Part shown: positions 10,455 to 20,980 of the stretch, piece by piece
How the letters are laid out: each line of letters begins with the position of its first letter
How positions within the stretch are numbered: position 1 is the stretch's first letter
Sequence record: SRR16203515_1468
DNA length: 47,298 bases
Reading direction: 5' to 3' (one strand)
Position numbers and translations under genes: made by a program
Notes under the pieces: generated by a model
Told to the model about the DNA's origin: nothing
What the model saw: only the letters and a program-made list of their open reading frames with translations
The model's database searches: none

Positions 10455-10477
10455 CGATTTAATTGCTTTTAGGTTGC

Positions 10478-11089
10478 TTACTTTTGCGTTGCTAAGTAGT
10501 AAGCAATATCTAATAGTTCTTGGTAAGACTTAATCGCGCCGGTTTCAACACGGTACTTACCGTTTACAACGAGTGCTGGAACACCTGCAATTTTAGCGTT
10601 TTCAGTGTCGCGCTTCATTTTAGACATCTGCGCATTCACCATAAATGATTTAGCTGCTGCATCAAATGCTTTAGGGTCTACACCATTAACAATGAAAAGA
10701 CCTTTAATGTCTTCAAGACTAGTGAATCGCTGCTTCTTATCTTGAATAGCAGAGAACAGTGCATGCTCCATCTTTTCTTCAATTTTTAGCTGGTGAGCAA
10801 TAGCAAATGCGCGTGACATTTCTACACCCATTTCACGACCAATAAAATCAACGTGATTTTGCTTAAAAGTCACACCTTCAGGAATAGTAGCCTTAATTTT
10901 TGGCACCTGTTCTTTGGCGAATGTATAACAGTGTGGGCAATAGAAAGAGAAAAACTCAGCAATCTCTGGCTTTGCCGTACCTGGGCCTTCATTAATAACT
11001 GTGTAATGCACGCCTTCTTCAAACTGAGCTGCCATTGCAGCCATAGGCGCCATCAATAGTGCAAATGCAACTAATAGAGCTTTTTTCAT
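10478..11089 (-). CDS. dsbA: Periplasmic thiol:disulfide oxidoreductase DsbA
   Basis: Signal peptide, EFFSFYCPHC active site, GVP cis-Pro loop, VNGKY. Confidence 0.95.
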   Translation of the reverse strand: MKKALLVAFALLMAPMAAMAAQFEEGVHYTVINEGPGTAKPEIAEFFSFYCPHCYTFAKEQVPKIKATIPEGVTFKQNHVDFIGREMGVEMSRAFAIAHQLKIEEKMEHALFSAIQDKKQRFTSLEDIKGLFIVNGVDPKAFDAAAKSFMVNAQMSKMKRDTENAKIAGVPALVVNGKYRVETGAIKSYQELLDIAYYLATQK

Positions 11090-11219
11090 TTAACTTCCCC
11101 TCGATGCAAATATTGCATCACGCTAGTAATTTCGACATAACATAATGTGCTTTTGAGTCGACCTCAAGCGCAAAAGTTCATTTTTCTGTTACAAAGTACG
11201 TGGCATAAGCCTTTTAAAA

Positions 11220-12245
11220 TCAATATTGCGGCGTCAAACTCAAAGGCATTTCATCCAATGCGGCTAATTGCTCTTTAAATGCGAGGATCTGCTGCTCCCA
11301 GTATTTATCTTCCGCAAACCATGGGAAGTTCATTGGAAACGCAGGATCGCCCCAACGGCGACTAAGCCAAGCGTTATAATGCAGCATACGCATAGCTCTT
11401 AAAGGTTCTATAAGCTTTAACTCGCGAACGTCAAACTCACAAAACTCTTCATAACCTTCAAGTAAAACCTCTAACTGCAATAGCTGCTGCGGTCTGTCAC
11501 CTGCAAGCATCATCCAGATATCTTGTACGGCAGGTCCCATTTTTGCGTCATCAAGATCCACAAACCCTGGCCCGTCTGGCGTCCATAAAATATTACTAGG
11601 ATGCAAATCACCATGTAAACGAATAGAGCTGTAGTGATCAGGCAGCCATAAAGCTGATGATTTCTCGAGAATTTGTTCAACCACAGTGAAGTAAGGCAGC
11701 TCTAAACTGGCTGGAATATGCCCTGAGCCTTTAAGCCACAGCAATGATTCTTCACCAAGTAACTTAGGTGACATGGTATCGCGATAACTAAAGTCAGCCT
11801 GCTTTGAGTACTGATGAATGCGACCAATAAAACGGCCAACCTGCTCTAATTGATCAAGGTTATCGACCTCAAATGCCCGACCACCAATAGATGGGAACAG
11901 TGCAAATCTAAATCCTTGATATTCATGTAAAGACTTGCCATCGATAATCACAGGTGTCGCAATAGGTACCTCTTGTTCAGCAAGCGCGGCAGAGAAATCA
12001 TGTTCCTCTTGAATTTGCGCGTCACTCCATCGCTCCGGGCGATAGAACTTCACCACATAGCGCTGGCCGCGGTCACAACGGAATTGGTAAACCCTATTCT
12101 CATAGCTGTTTAACGCCAACAATCCAGTTTCAGGATAAATCCCCAATGTTTCTATGGCCGTTAAAATTAAATCAGGCGTTAATGCCTGATAATGAAAAGC
12201 AGAACTCGATTGCTCTGCTGATGATGACGGTGGGGTTATATTCAT
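11220..12245 (-). CDS. srkA: Stress response Ser/Thr kinase SrkA (RdoA/YihE)
   Basis: LNSYENRVYQF, VVKFYRPERW, RLHGDLHPSN, FVDLDD, DPAFP; upstream of dsbA as in enterobacteria. Confidence 0.95.
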   Translation of the reverse strand: MNITPPSSSAEQSSSAFHYQALTPDLILTAIETLGIYPETGLLALNSYENRVYQFRCDRGQRYVVKFYRPERWSDAQIQEEHDFSAALAEQEVPIATPVIIDGKSLHEYQGFRFALFPSIGGRAFEVDNLDQLEQVGRFIGRIHQYSKQADFSYRDTMSPKLLGEESLLWLKGSGHIPASLELPYFTVVEQILEKSSALWLPDHYSSIRLHGDLHPSNILWTPDGPGFVDLDDAKMGPAVQDIWMMLAGDRPQQLLQLEVLLEGYEEFCEFDVRELKLIEPLRAMRMLHYNAWLSRRWGDPAFPMNFPWFAEDKYWEQQILAFKEQLAALDEMPLSLTPQY

Positions 12246-12296
12246 AGCAATTTACTCATAAGCAAATGACACCTGCCATTTGCATCTAAAATCGAC

Positions 12297-12593
12297 TTAA
12301 AGCTGGTAAGGCTTCATTAATTCAGCCAAATATACCAAGACTTCAAATTCATCTTCTCTGTCGGTAGATAACCAGCAGATATCACCATAAAACTCATAAT
12401 TGAGCTGTAGGTGTGAACCTTCAAATTCAAGCAACCATTGATGACGATCTGCGCCCCATTGCCTTTCAACCACTCGGCAGTCTAGCGCCTTAGCAAAAGG
12501 CTCTGCGAATAGCTCAAACTGCTCAAAGTCGATGTCAGACTGCACCGATAAACTTAAGGTTTCACGATCTAATTTGATGGACGTTAACTTCAT
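12297..12593 (-). CDS. DUF3630 family protein
   Basis: WGADRHQWLLEFEG motif. Confidence 0.7.
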   Translation of the reverse strand: MKLTSIKLDRETLSLSVQSDIDFEQFELFAEPFAKALDCRVVERQWGADRHQWLLEFEGSHLQLNYEFYGDICWLSTDREDEFEVLVYLAELMKPYQL

Positions 12594-12634
12594 TAGTTTA
12601 CTCTTATTATTATATTTTTACCGACAAAGCAGTG

Positions 12635-14128
12635 TTAGCTGCTACAAGACATAATTAAACCTTGGCCCCAATCTGGTGGCCGTTTAGCAAAATCATCAAA
12701 CTCTGGCTGCTCATCAAAAGGCTTTTGTAACACTTGCTGTAATTTATGCAGTGGAGTTAAGTTACCTTCTTCAACAGCAACAATGGCTTCCTGAGCAAGA
12801 TAGTTACGCAAAATATATTTAGGGTTGACGCTATTACGCTGAGCTTGCCACTGTTCAACATTATGGATATTTTCCACTCTTTTTTGATAAGCCTCAAACC
12901 AATTATCGAAGCCATTGACATCAATAAAGTCATCTCGTAACGAGCTATGTTTAGAGTGAGGATCAAGCTGGCCAAAGCTGCGTAAGCTATTGGTATAATC
13001 TAAATGATTACGCTCCATTAGCATGGTCAAGCCGCCTATCAATTCAAGATCGCTATTATCAAGCTCTGTATCAACAAGTCCCTTGTCGGACTCTGCTTCT
13101 GGGCTTGCGGCTTTAGCAGCAGAAACTGCCATACCTAGCTTTGCTCGCATTAAGCGTAAATACAGTTGCACCAACTCAATTTGGTATTGATTAAGCGCCG
13201 CGATAAGATCATCTGATGCAATAATAGGAGCTAATGCTTGCGCTAAACGCTGCAGGTTCCATAACCCGATCCCCGGCTGCTGCGAAAACGCATAGCGACC
13301 TTCAGGGTCGGAGTGATTACAAATAAAGTCTTCTTTGAAAGTATCTAAAAACGCGAAAGGACCAAAATCGAATGAGTCGCCGAGTATCGACATATTATCG
13401 GTATTCATAACGCCATGCGCAAAACCAATCGCCTGCCAATGAGCTATCATTTTAGCAGTATCGCGAACCACCTGAGTAAACCACGCTTTATAGCCTGCAG
13501 CGTCACAACTGAGATCAGGGTAATGCTGTTTAATCGTAAAGTTAACTAGCTGTTTAAGCTTATCTGGTGCGCCGCGCTCACTGTGGCAAAAAAACTCAAA
13601 GTGACCAAAACGAATATGACTTTTTGCTAGACGCACGGTTATAGCTGCAGTTTCTTGGGTTTCACGCCAAACAGGTAAGTCAGAGCCTATAACCGCTAAT
13701 GCTCGAGTTGTCGGCACATGCAACTGGTGTAAGGCTTCAGATATTAAAAACTCACGTACCGCCGAGCGCATAACCGCCCGGCCGTCACCGTGTCGTGAAT
13801 ACGGAGTTGGTCCACCGCCTTTTAACGCAACATCCCAAGCACCTTGTGGCCCAATCGCTTCACCAAGGATAATTGAGCGGCCATCGCCTAATTGCGGCGA
13901 ATAACCACCAAACTGATGACCACTATAAACTTGGGCATAATAGCTGGCATCGGCTATTTGCGCGTTACCAGATAATCCTTGCAGTAACGCATCGCTAGGT
14001 TTTTCAATCGCAATTAAATTAGCTGCATCTTGGCTCCAAGCGAGCCAGTGTGGGTTACTTATTCCAAGGGGAAACACCTGTGAATAAAACCCTGATAGTT
14101 GCTCAAAAAAATCCTGTTTTAACTGCAT
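12635..14128 (-). CDS. selO: Protein adenylyltransferase SelO (YdiU)
   Basis: [45 protein letters not shown]-terminal SCSS. Confidence 0.95.
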   Translation of the reverse strand: MQLKQDFFEQLSGFYSQVFPLGISNPHWLAWSQDAANLIAIEKPSDALLQGLSGNAQIADASYYAQVYSGHQFGGYSPQLGDGRSIILGEAIGPQGAWDVALKGGGPTPYSRHGDGRAVMRSAVREFLISEALHQLHVPTTRALAVIGSDLPVWRETQETAAITVRLAKSHIRFGHFEFFCHSERGAPDKLKQLVNFTIKQHYPDLSCDAAGYKAWFTQVVRDTAKMIAHWQAIGFAHGVMNTDNMSILGDSFDFGPFAFLDTFKEDFICNHSDPEGRYAFSQQPGIGLWNLQRLAQALAPIIASDDLIAALNQYQIELVQLYLRLMRAKLGMAVSAAKAASPEAESDKGLVDTELDNSDLELIGGLTMLMERNHLDYTNSLRSFGQLDPHSKHSSLRDDFIDVNGFDNWFEAYQKRVENIHNVEQWQAQRNSVNPKYILRNYLAQEAIVAVEEGNLTPLHKLQQVLQKPFDEQPEFDDFAKRPPDWGQGLIMSCSS

Positions 14129-14205
14129 ATTTTACCAATCCTAGTATCTGTTTTGCGACTAATGCCAACTACCTCTGCGTAATACCCTCAGTGAGTTTCA
14201 CTTTA

Positions 14206-14499
14206 TTATTCTTGTGCTGTGACCACATTTTTACAGGTCAGAGACTTATCACTCGCTTCACACTGGTAGCCACATAAATAACTATCACCCGCATCACCGT
14301 TTAAACGGATCAAGCCTTTACCTTTGGCATTGCACTGCTCAATCGTTTCGTAATAACCAGTAATAAACTCTGATGAATCGGCCACGCTTGGTTTAACTTG
14401 CCCCTCAGGGTAGTAAAGCAAAGTCCATTCTGGCGACTGCGTGCAAGCGGTAGCGACTAATGCCACTGCGCCAGCTAACCAAAGCTTTTTAAAGTTCAT
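14206..14499 (-). CDS. Small cysteine-containing lipoprotein, hypothetical
   Basis: Lipobox ATAC; four further Cys in the mature part. Confidence 0.7.
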   Translation of the reverse strand: MNFKKLWLAGAVALVATACTQSPEWTLLYYPEGQVKPSVADSSEFITGYYETIEQCNAKGKGLIRLNGDAGDSYLCGYQCEASDKSLTCKNVVTAQE

Positions 14500-14526
14500 A
14501 TTACTTGTCCTATTAAATTTAACGCG

Positions 14527-14571
14527 AAAAAAAAGCGAGCCCCGGATCTTTCTCTGGAGTTCGCTTTTTTT
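14527..14571. terminator. Intrinsic terminator-like hairpin downstream of 14634..15668
   Basis: aaaaaaagcgagc...gttcgcttttttt imperfect stem with A and T tracts. Confidence 0.6.
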
Positions 14572-14633
14572 GCTAACCCTTGCAGTTATTCTACACTGCT
14601 TGATTAGTAATGGCAGAGCTTTACGGGCTAGCG

Positions 14634-15668
14634 TTATTTACTCGCTTTAGCCTTCGCCTTTTCAATGCGAGTAATACGCCCCTCAAAACCGGTTACGGTT
14701 CCATCAGCTAAGCCATATTCAATCGCTGTTTTACAGATTGAAATTGCACTATCAAACTCACCGTTATCATTGAGTAACGTTGATAGGTGCATCATAGCAG
14801 TACCTTTAACTTCTGCATCAGGATTTTCAGCTTTAACGCCTTTAACAAACGCTGCAAATACTTCTAGGTATTGTTGCGACAAACCTGCACCATATTGCAC
14901 ATATTCAGCCTGCTTACGCTGCTTGTAACATTCAGCAATAGCGGCTGAAATTGCTAGGTGCTCCGCAGGAGAATCTTGAGCAACGTCAAGTTCGCTAATT
15001 GATTTGGTTAATTTCGGGTTAGCCCAAGATAGATCCGCTTGTGTTTGTGACTCAGTACTTACTGCTGGCTCAGCCTCAACATTAGCTGGCGATTCAAGCT
15101 CTATGCTTACTGCAGGTTCTATTACTTGCTCAACAGGAGCTTCTACGGCTTTTTCAACTAGCGGCTCGACGGTTTTTTCAGCGGCTGGCTCAATGTCAAC
15201 TCGCGGTTCTACCTTAGCAACGCTCTCAACTTTGGCCTCAGTTTTAATCTCAGCTTTATCGGTGACTTCAACAACAGATTCAGACTGAGTTTCAACCGCC
15301 GAGTGAGCCTCAACGATCTCTTCTGCTTGAACTGGAGTTTCTGAAACTGGCTTATCTTTAGCAATAGGCTCTGCTTGAACTTCCGTTTCCCTGGTTTTAA
15401 CCGGTTCTGGCTCTGAATCTAATTTAACTTCAGAATCCTGCTTAGACTCAGAATCCTGCTTAGACTCAAAAGTTACGCCTTCAACAGTGGGTGTCGACAC
15501 TTCAGCAGCATCAGGTGTCACATCCTTCATTTCAGACTCTGCAGCTTCTTGAACGGGCTCAGCTTGTTTCGCTGCCTGTTCCTTTTCAGCTTTTGCTGCT
15601 TTCTGAGTGCGCGTATAGAGGTAAACACCTATTACAATCAGTAATATAATGGTTGCTTCTGTCATCAT
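14634..15668 (-). CDS. Membrane-anchored protein with long acidic low-complexity linker and C-terminal helical (TPR-like) domain
   Basis: N-terminal TM IILLIVIGVYLY; ~190 aa rich in E/V/P/A/K; C-terminal AIAECYKQR...LSTLLNDNGEFDSAISICKTAIEYGL. Confidence 0.7.
   Translation of the reverse strand: MMTEATIILLIVIGVYLYTRTQKAAKAEKEQAAKQAEPVQEAAESEMKDVTPDAAEVSTPTVEGVTFESKQDSESKQDSEVKLDSEPEPVKTRETEVQAEPIAKDKPVSETPVQAEEIVEAHSAVETQSESVVEVTDKAEIKTEAKVESVAKVEPRVDIEPAAEKTVEPLVEKAVEAPVEQVIEPAVSIELESPANVEAEPAVSTESQTQADLSWANPKLTKSISELDVAQDSPAEHLAISAAIAECYKQRKQAEYVQYGAGLSQQYLEVFAAFVKGVKAENPDAEVKGTAMMHLSTLLNDNGEFDSAISICKTAIEYGLADGTVTGFEGRITRIEKAKAKASK
15430..15468. repeat. 18-bp in-frame tandem repeat (2 copies plus 3 bp) encoding ESKQDS
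   Basis: tcagaatcctgcttagac repeated twice. Confidence 0.85.
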
Positions 15669-15861
15669 CTTCCACCTGGTTTGGCCATAAAAACATCCGC
15701 TGCATAGACAGACTCTAGTGCGGATAAGCTAAAACAATACATTATATCTAATGCATTGTTTTTCTATATATCCGGTATTTATATCTCTTTTTTAATCGGG
15801 TATCAAAAATATTCGTTTTTTTGAATGTTTTAAAGGATAAATAACCTAATCGCTAACCGAA

Positions 15862-17871
15862 TTAACTAAGCAAGTTCTCAACAGGCATAGGTTTGGCAAT
15901 ATAATACCCCTGCACTAAATCAACGCCACAATTTGCGATAAATTCATATTCTTGTATGTGTTCCACACCTTCAGCGACCACTTTACAGTTAGCAATTGTC
16001 CCTAGCTTGGCCACTAATTTATATATCTCTCGGCCTTTCTCTGATGTTGCATCCAGCAGCAATGATCGATCAATTTTGACCTTATTAAATGGGTATTGCA
16101 GCAAATGCGGAAACGAGGCATAACCAGAACCGAAGTCATCCATTGAGATGGTTATATTTTTTGCCTGCAATTCCTGCATGACCTGCGTTAAGTAAACCTT
16201 GTCACTTAACATTGCTTCCTCAGTAATTTCGATCTCAATCTTTGCTGGAGAAATGTCGTAATGTTCAAGACGTCCGAGTAAATGATTAACAAAATCAACT
16301 TGTTCTATCGAGGCAACTGAGACATTAATAGCGACCCGTGAACCATTTGGTAATGCCAGTGTTTTGATGTCAGCAAGTACTAGTTCTAGCACTAGTTTAT
16401 CTAGCAGAGGCATGGCTTTTAGTAACTGAAAATCTTCAATAAATACTGGCGGGCACAATTTACCGCTCTCATCAACATACCGCACTAGTGCTTCATAGTT
16501 ATATTGCGATGGTTCCTGCAATGACTGAATCTTTTGATAAAACATGACCAGCTTGCCTTGACGTAAAATCTTAGCAACCCGTTTCTGTGCTGATGACTGA
16601 GTAATACTATTGTTAGTTGAGTCCCGCACACTGCGCAGCACATTATTAAATATTGAGCCTTCTGCAGCGGCATATTTAGTATTAGGGTCAACCGAGACCA
16701 GATGTTTACCCACATAAGCCAGATAAAAAGGCCTATAAATAAAGATGCCTATCGCAATGACGATTATTTGCAATATGGCGCCATCTAGTTGTTCACCCAT
16801 AGCAAAATAACCGCTAAATATAGGCGGCGTTAACCAATTAACAATGCTCACAATAGGCGACACTATGCCTAAGGCGATACAGGCATAAACAATCACGAAG
16901 CTGACCAAAGGTACTAATATAAATGGCACAATCATGATCGGATTAAACAGAATAGGCAGGCCAAAAAGTAGCACTTCATTGATATTGAACATCACCATAG
17001 GGATCGCCACAACAGCGAGCATTTTATGGTTATATTTTTGACTAAAGAGCAGCACGCATAATAATAAACTAATGCAGTTTCCTGAGCCGCCCATCGACAA
17101 AAATGCATCATAAAAGCCTTGGCTAATAATATTCACCGAGGCTTCACCCGCATTCCATGCATCCAGATTCGTCAGCGTGTCGGCATAAATTTGCTGCTTA
17201 ACCGCGAATAGCATGTTATGGCCATTTATACCTACAGCTCCCAATATGCCAAGAAACGTTTGATACAACAGGCCACCAGTAAAAGTCAGTGGATCTAAAC
17301 CTATTGAGGTGACCCCCTCTTTTAGGTAGCTACCTATATGCAAAACTAATTGAGATAACAGTAATGCCAAAATAGAAAAACAAAAAATATGCACTATATA
17401 TTTCATCAATCTAGAGGCGAAATCGAACGAATTGGGATCCAGTAAACGGATGGGAAAATATAGAAAATACAAGTAAGTCACGAGTGCACTTAACAACGCT
17501 AATAACGGGTTATTTGGCAAGGTATAGCTAGTAGAAAGATCGAGATGCCCTATCGATAAGATATAAAACATCACTAAACCATAAATAATAAAAATCGCAC
17601 TCGATGCGTTAGTTTTTTGTGACAGATAATAACTGGCAATAATACAAAATGTGGTTGGATACAGATTAATTAATATATTAGAAATATAAAACAGTAGCTC
17701 CGAGACATAATCAATCTCAAGCGCGCTAAAGCCATGACCAAGCAACATAGCTAGCGAGTTAGCTAACGTAATAGGCAGTAGCAACAAAGCAATTGCCGCC
17801 AAATCCGATAAGTAGAGCTTGGAGTCTTTACTCCAATTTGAAACTCTCGCAAAAATATTGCTTAAAATCAT
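15862..17871 (-). CDS. PTS EIIC (cellobiose/chitobiose type) membrane domain fused to EAL c-di-GMP phosphodiesterase
   Basis: ~10 TM with GGSG and FNINEVLLFGLPILFNP EIIC motifs; EAL domain with EALVR, INVS, EITE, DDFGSGYAS, KIDRS, EGVE, QGYY. Confidence 0.9.
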   Translation of the reverse strand: MILSNIFARVSNWSKDSKLYLSDLAAIALLLLPITLANSLAMLLGHGFSALEIDYVSELLFYISNILINLYPTTFCIIASYYLSQKTNASSAIFIIYGLVMFYILSIGHLDLSTSYTLPNNPLLALLSALVTYLYFLYFPIRLLDPNSFDFASRLMKYIVHIFCFSILALLLSQLVLHIGSYLKEGVTSIGLDPLTFTGGLLYQTFLGILGAVGINGHNMLFAVKQQIYADTLTNLDAWNAGEASVNIISQGFYDAFLSMGGSGNCISLLLCVLLFSQKYNHKMLAVVAIPMVMFNINEVLLFGLPILFNPIMIVPFILVPLVSFVIVYACIALGIVSPIVSIVNWLTPPIFSGYFAMGEQLDGAILQIIVIAIGIFIYRPFYLAYVGKHLVSVDPNTKYAAAEGSIFNNVLRSVRDSTNNSITQSSAQKRVAKILRQGKLVMFYQKIQSLQEPSQYNYEALVRYVDESGKLCPPVFIEDFQLLKAMPLLDKLVLELVLADIKTLALPNGSRVAINVSVASIEQVDFVNHLLGRLEHYDISPAKIEIEITEEAMLSDKVYLTQVMQELQAKNITISMDDFGSGYASFPHLLQYPFNKVKIDRSLLLDATSEKGREIYKLVAKLGTIANCKVVAEGVEHIQEYEFIANCGVDLVQGYYIAKPMPVENLLS

Positions 17872-17983
17872 GCATTAAACCTTGGGCTAGCCCAAAAATA
17901 TTGAGTGATATTAACTATTCACCAAGCCTAAAGCCGATAATGACGTCTTTAGGCCATTTGTGCAAAATGAACCTATCTATCAA

Positions 17984-20632
17984 TTAAAACCGAATTGCCA
18001 AACCTAACTTATAACGCGCTTCACCTTCAGCGCTAAACACGGGGTAATTATTTTTAAACTCAGGTTTTACCTCGGCTTCATCACTAGCAACACCAAGTTG
18101 AATACTATCGGCCGCGAGTAGGTTTACCACTTCAAAAGTAATCGCTAGATAATCAGTAATATTGAAGCTACTACTAAAATCAATGCTGCCGTAGGCTTGG
18201 TGCTCGCGATTACCGTAATAGCCAGGTAACTCTCGGATCATATAAGCACTGCGCCAGTTATAAGCAAGACGCGCGGTAAAGTCGTCATCTTGGTAGTAAC
18301 CGACCAAGTTAACTGTGTGCTTCGATGAATCCGAAAACACGCCGATTTGATCTGGGTAATAATGTGCAGGTGCAGTTGAATCTGCAAACGTATAGTTTAC
18401 CGTATAGCCAAATCCGTTTTCATAACCCGTTTGCAACTGCAACTCAACACCCTGTATCAAGCCGCCTGAGCCATTTTTCTTAGTCGAGACTGTCCAACTA
18501 TCCTTGCCAGAATCAGGATCAACAATACCAACACTCTGCTCTAACAGCTGTTCAGAGGTAATAAATGAACTGATATCTTTAATAAAATATGTCGCAGAAA
18601 CTAAGCTAAGTGCATTGAAGTACCACTCTACTCCTAACTCTGCTTGGGTGGCTTTAAAGGGCTTTAATGCGATATTACCTTTATCAACCACTTCATTATC
18701 AATGATATTGTCACCAAAACCCGACAATGCTGATGAAGCAAACATATCGTCATAATTAGGTCGTGAAATCACTTGCGATGCAGCCGCACGCACAATCACA
18801 TTATTCGACACATCATAAGCAATATTGATACTGGGTAAAAAATCACTATAACTTGAGCTTTGAGTACTCAAATCATCGGCATAAGTACCATCTGCTTTAA
18901 GCTGATAATAGTCAGATGACACATCTGTCGAGATATAACGTAGGCCAACATTACCTCTAAGGCGCTCTGACTTGAAGTTCGCCATTAGATATATCGCCAA
19001 ATTTTGCTCAGTTATAGTGCCGTAGCCCGATTTATAAACCTGACCGCTGCCGTCAAAATGGCTAATTGCTGCTTTAGCGTCATTGAGCATTGCGTCAAGC
19101 ATTGGCTTAGGTAAAGTAAATCCACCACCAGAAGAAACCGTTCCTGCATAATAAGCCGAGGCATTTTTTGCAATAAGATTCGGCTTTACTATGCCCTCAA
19201 ATGACTCTTGTTTTACCTCATGATCTGCCCAACTAGCTCCGGCTTTAACCGCTGTAAATACCCCCAACTCAACAGGCACGGTTAAATCAAATTTTGCATA
19301 AGTTTCGCCATCTGAATTAGGTTGCTTTCTTAGCGACCAAGCTTCTGGTGCTAATGGCCCATTAAAGTCGTCTGCGCCAAATACCTTATTCGCAATATCA
19401 ATATTAATCATATTGCCAGTGGCGTCATAAGTACCCGCAAAGTCACCCGGTTGCCCTAACCAAAAACCATAGTTTGCCGTGGTGTTAGTGCCACCTTCGG
19501 ACTGAGTGTTACCCACTAAGCCCTCAAGGGTGTAATAATCAGTTTCATAGGTAAAGTCTAAATCGTAGGTATTAGAGTCCATACTGGCTTCGCGTACCCA
19601 AGTTTGCCCCCAAGCAGGACTGCTATCATAGGCATCGCGACGATAAAAAATACAAGTGCCTGCTGCATTTCTTTGTTCACAGGCCGCTTCTTTATCATCA
19701 GCAAACATCAAAAATAAGGAGGTATTAGCATTGTTAGCCTGCATGTCCAATTGCATGATGTTCAAGCCAAACTCTAAGCTTTCTGTCGGGCGATACTGTA
19801 AAACGGCATTGATGGCTGTATGCTCCCTTTGCTGCTCAAAGGTTGTCGGTACAATATCGCCCCAACCAATTTGTGACTCAATACCGTTACGCTGATATTG
19901 TGTTTTAGAGTCGGTTGCTGCCAGCAAAACACCAAGGCTTTCTGCGTTATTTTTCCAGCTATATAAACCTGAAAACTCCGGGTCAAGCTCTTCAGATACT
20001 GAGCCATAATCTTGCTTACTACTGAAGAAAATAGAATTAGCTGCCAACTCTAATGGTTTACGAGTGTTAATAATGACGGTGCCACCCACACCACCTTCAG
20101 CGATGTCAGCTTGAGAAGATTTATAAACTTCAATTTCACCTATCATTTCAGGCGGCAGCAAGGTGTAGTTAAAGCTCCGGTCAGTGGTTTGTTGATCAAA
20201 CCATCCCGTCGAAGCAACTGAATGACCATTTAATAGGGTGCTAGTCAGTTGATTTGATGCTCCACGAATAGAGACTTGTTGGCCTTGACCAAACTGACGA
20301 TTCACCGCTACACCCGGTACTCGCGCCAAAGACTCACCTACATCACTATCGGGAAACTTGCCTATATCTTCTGCAGTCACCACATCGACTACAGCATCAG
20401 CAAACCTTTTACCATTTATAGAAGCCTTCATCGAGGCTTGAATACCACGTACTTCTATTATTTCCATCGTTGGTTCGGCAACATCACCGCTGTGCTCAGC
20501 GGCTGTAGCGAAAGATACTGGCAACATTGAGTACAGAATTACGACTTTAACCTTCAACACGTTAGACTTAAGAGCAAATTGTTTTGCCGCTTTACAGGCC
20601 AATAAAAACGCATTTTTAATATCAATATTCAT
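17984..20632 (-). CDS. TonB-dependent receptor (carbohydrate-uptake-like subfamily)
   Basis: TonB box EIIEVRG; AEDIGKFPD..VGESLARVPGV plug; EVYKSSQADIAEGGVGGTVIINTRKP; C-terminal Phe. Confidence 0.9.
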   Translation of the reverse strand: MNIDIKNAFLLACKAAKQFALKSNVLKVKVVILYSMLPVSFATAAEHSGDVAEPTMEIIEVRGIQASMKASINGKRFADAVVDVVTAEDIGKFPDSDVGESLARVPGVAVNRQFGQGQQVSIRGASNQLTSTLLNGHSVASTGWFDQQTTDRSFNYTLLPPEMIGEIEVYKSSQADIAEGGVGGTVIINTRKPLELAANSIFFSSKQDYGSVSEELDPEFSGLYSWKNNAESLGVLLAATDSKTQYQRNGIESQIGWGDIVPTTFEQQREHTAINAVLQYRPTESLEFGLNIMQLDMQANNANTSLFLMFADDKEAACEQRNAAGTCIFYRRDAYDSSPAWGQTWVREASMDSNTYDLDFTYETDYYTLEGLVGNTQSEGGTNTTANYGFWLGQPGDFAGTYDATGNMINIDIANKVFGADDFNGPLAPEAWSLRKQPNSDGETYAKFDLTVPVELGVFTAVKAGASWADHEVKQESFEGIVKPNLIAKNASAYYAGTVSSGGGFTLPKPMLDAMLNDAKAAISHFDGSGQVYKSGYGTITEQNLAIYLMANFKSERLRGNVGLRYISTDVSSDYYQLKADGTYADDLSTQSSSYSDFLPSINIAYDVSNNVIVRAAASQVISRPNYDDMFASSALSGFGDNIIDNEVVDKGNIALKPFKATQAELGVEWYFNALSLVSATYFIKDISSFITSEQLLEQSVGIVDPDSGKDSWTVSTKKNGSGGLIQGVELQLQTGYENGFGYTVNYTFADSTAPAHYYPDQIGVFSDSSKHTVNLVGYYQDDDFTARLAYNWRSAYMIRELPGYYGNREHQAYGSIDFSSSFNITDYLAITFEVVNLLAADSIQLGVASDEAEVKPEFKNNYPVFSAEGEARYKLGLAIRF

Positions 20633-20690
20633 TTTACTTGTGGTGTCACATCTATCAGCTTTAGATCTTAATTCAGCACAACGCGGCCCA

Positions 20691-20714
20691 TAGGAATAAC
20701 AGCTGTTATTCCTA
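20691..20714. promoter_or_regulatory. Perfect 24-bp palindrome upstream of the TonB receptor (candidate operator or RNA hairpin)
   Basis: taggaataacagctgttattccta is its own reverse complement. Confidence 0.5.
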
Positions 20715-20950
20715 GAATTAAGTGAATTGGGTTTTCTTGGACTTACCAGCGACTTAAGGAAGGTGCATTGGAAGTTAACGGTATTACTAATAAAAAATCA
20801 CGGGTCTATAAACTTAATTTTAAGCATAAAAATCATAATCTTGAGCAATGAAAGGCTGGATAGTTTAAACGAGTAAAAAGTATCCTTGGCTCAATATTTA
20901 TTTACGCTAATTTGCCGCCGGCAATGTATCAGCTCAAAGCAGGGCGGCGA

Positions 20951-20980
20951 ATTTTAAGCCAGTGCGGATCATTCTGACAA
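20951..20980 (-). promoter_or_regulatory. Candidate sigma70 promoter with GC-rich discriminator
   Basis: Minus strand TTGTCA-18 nt-TAAAAT followed by tcgccgccc. Confidence 0.4.

Noticed and set aside
12635-12650. Possible selenocysteine at the SelO C-terminus
   Set aside because: The gene ends ...TGT AGC AGC TAA (CSS-stop); there is no in-frame TGA
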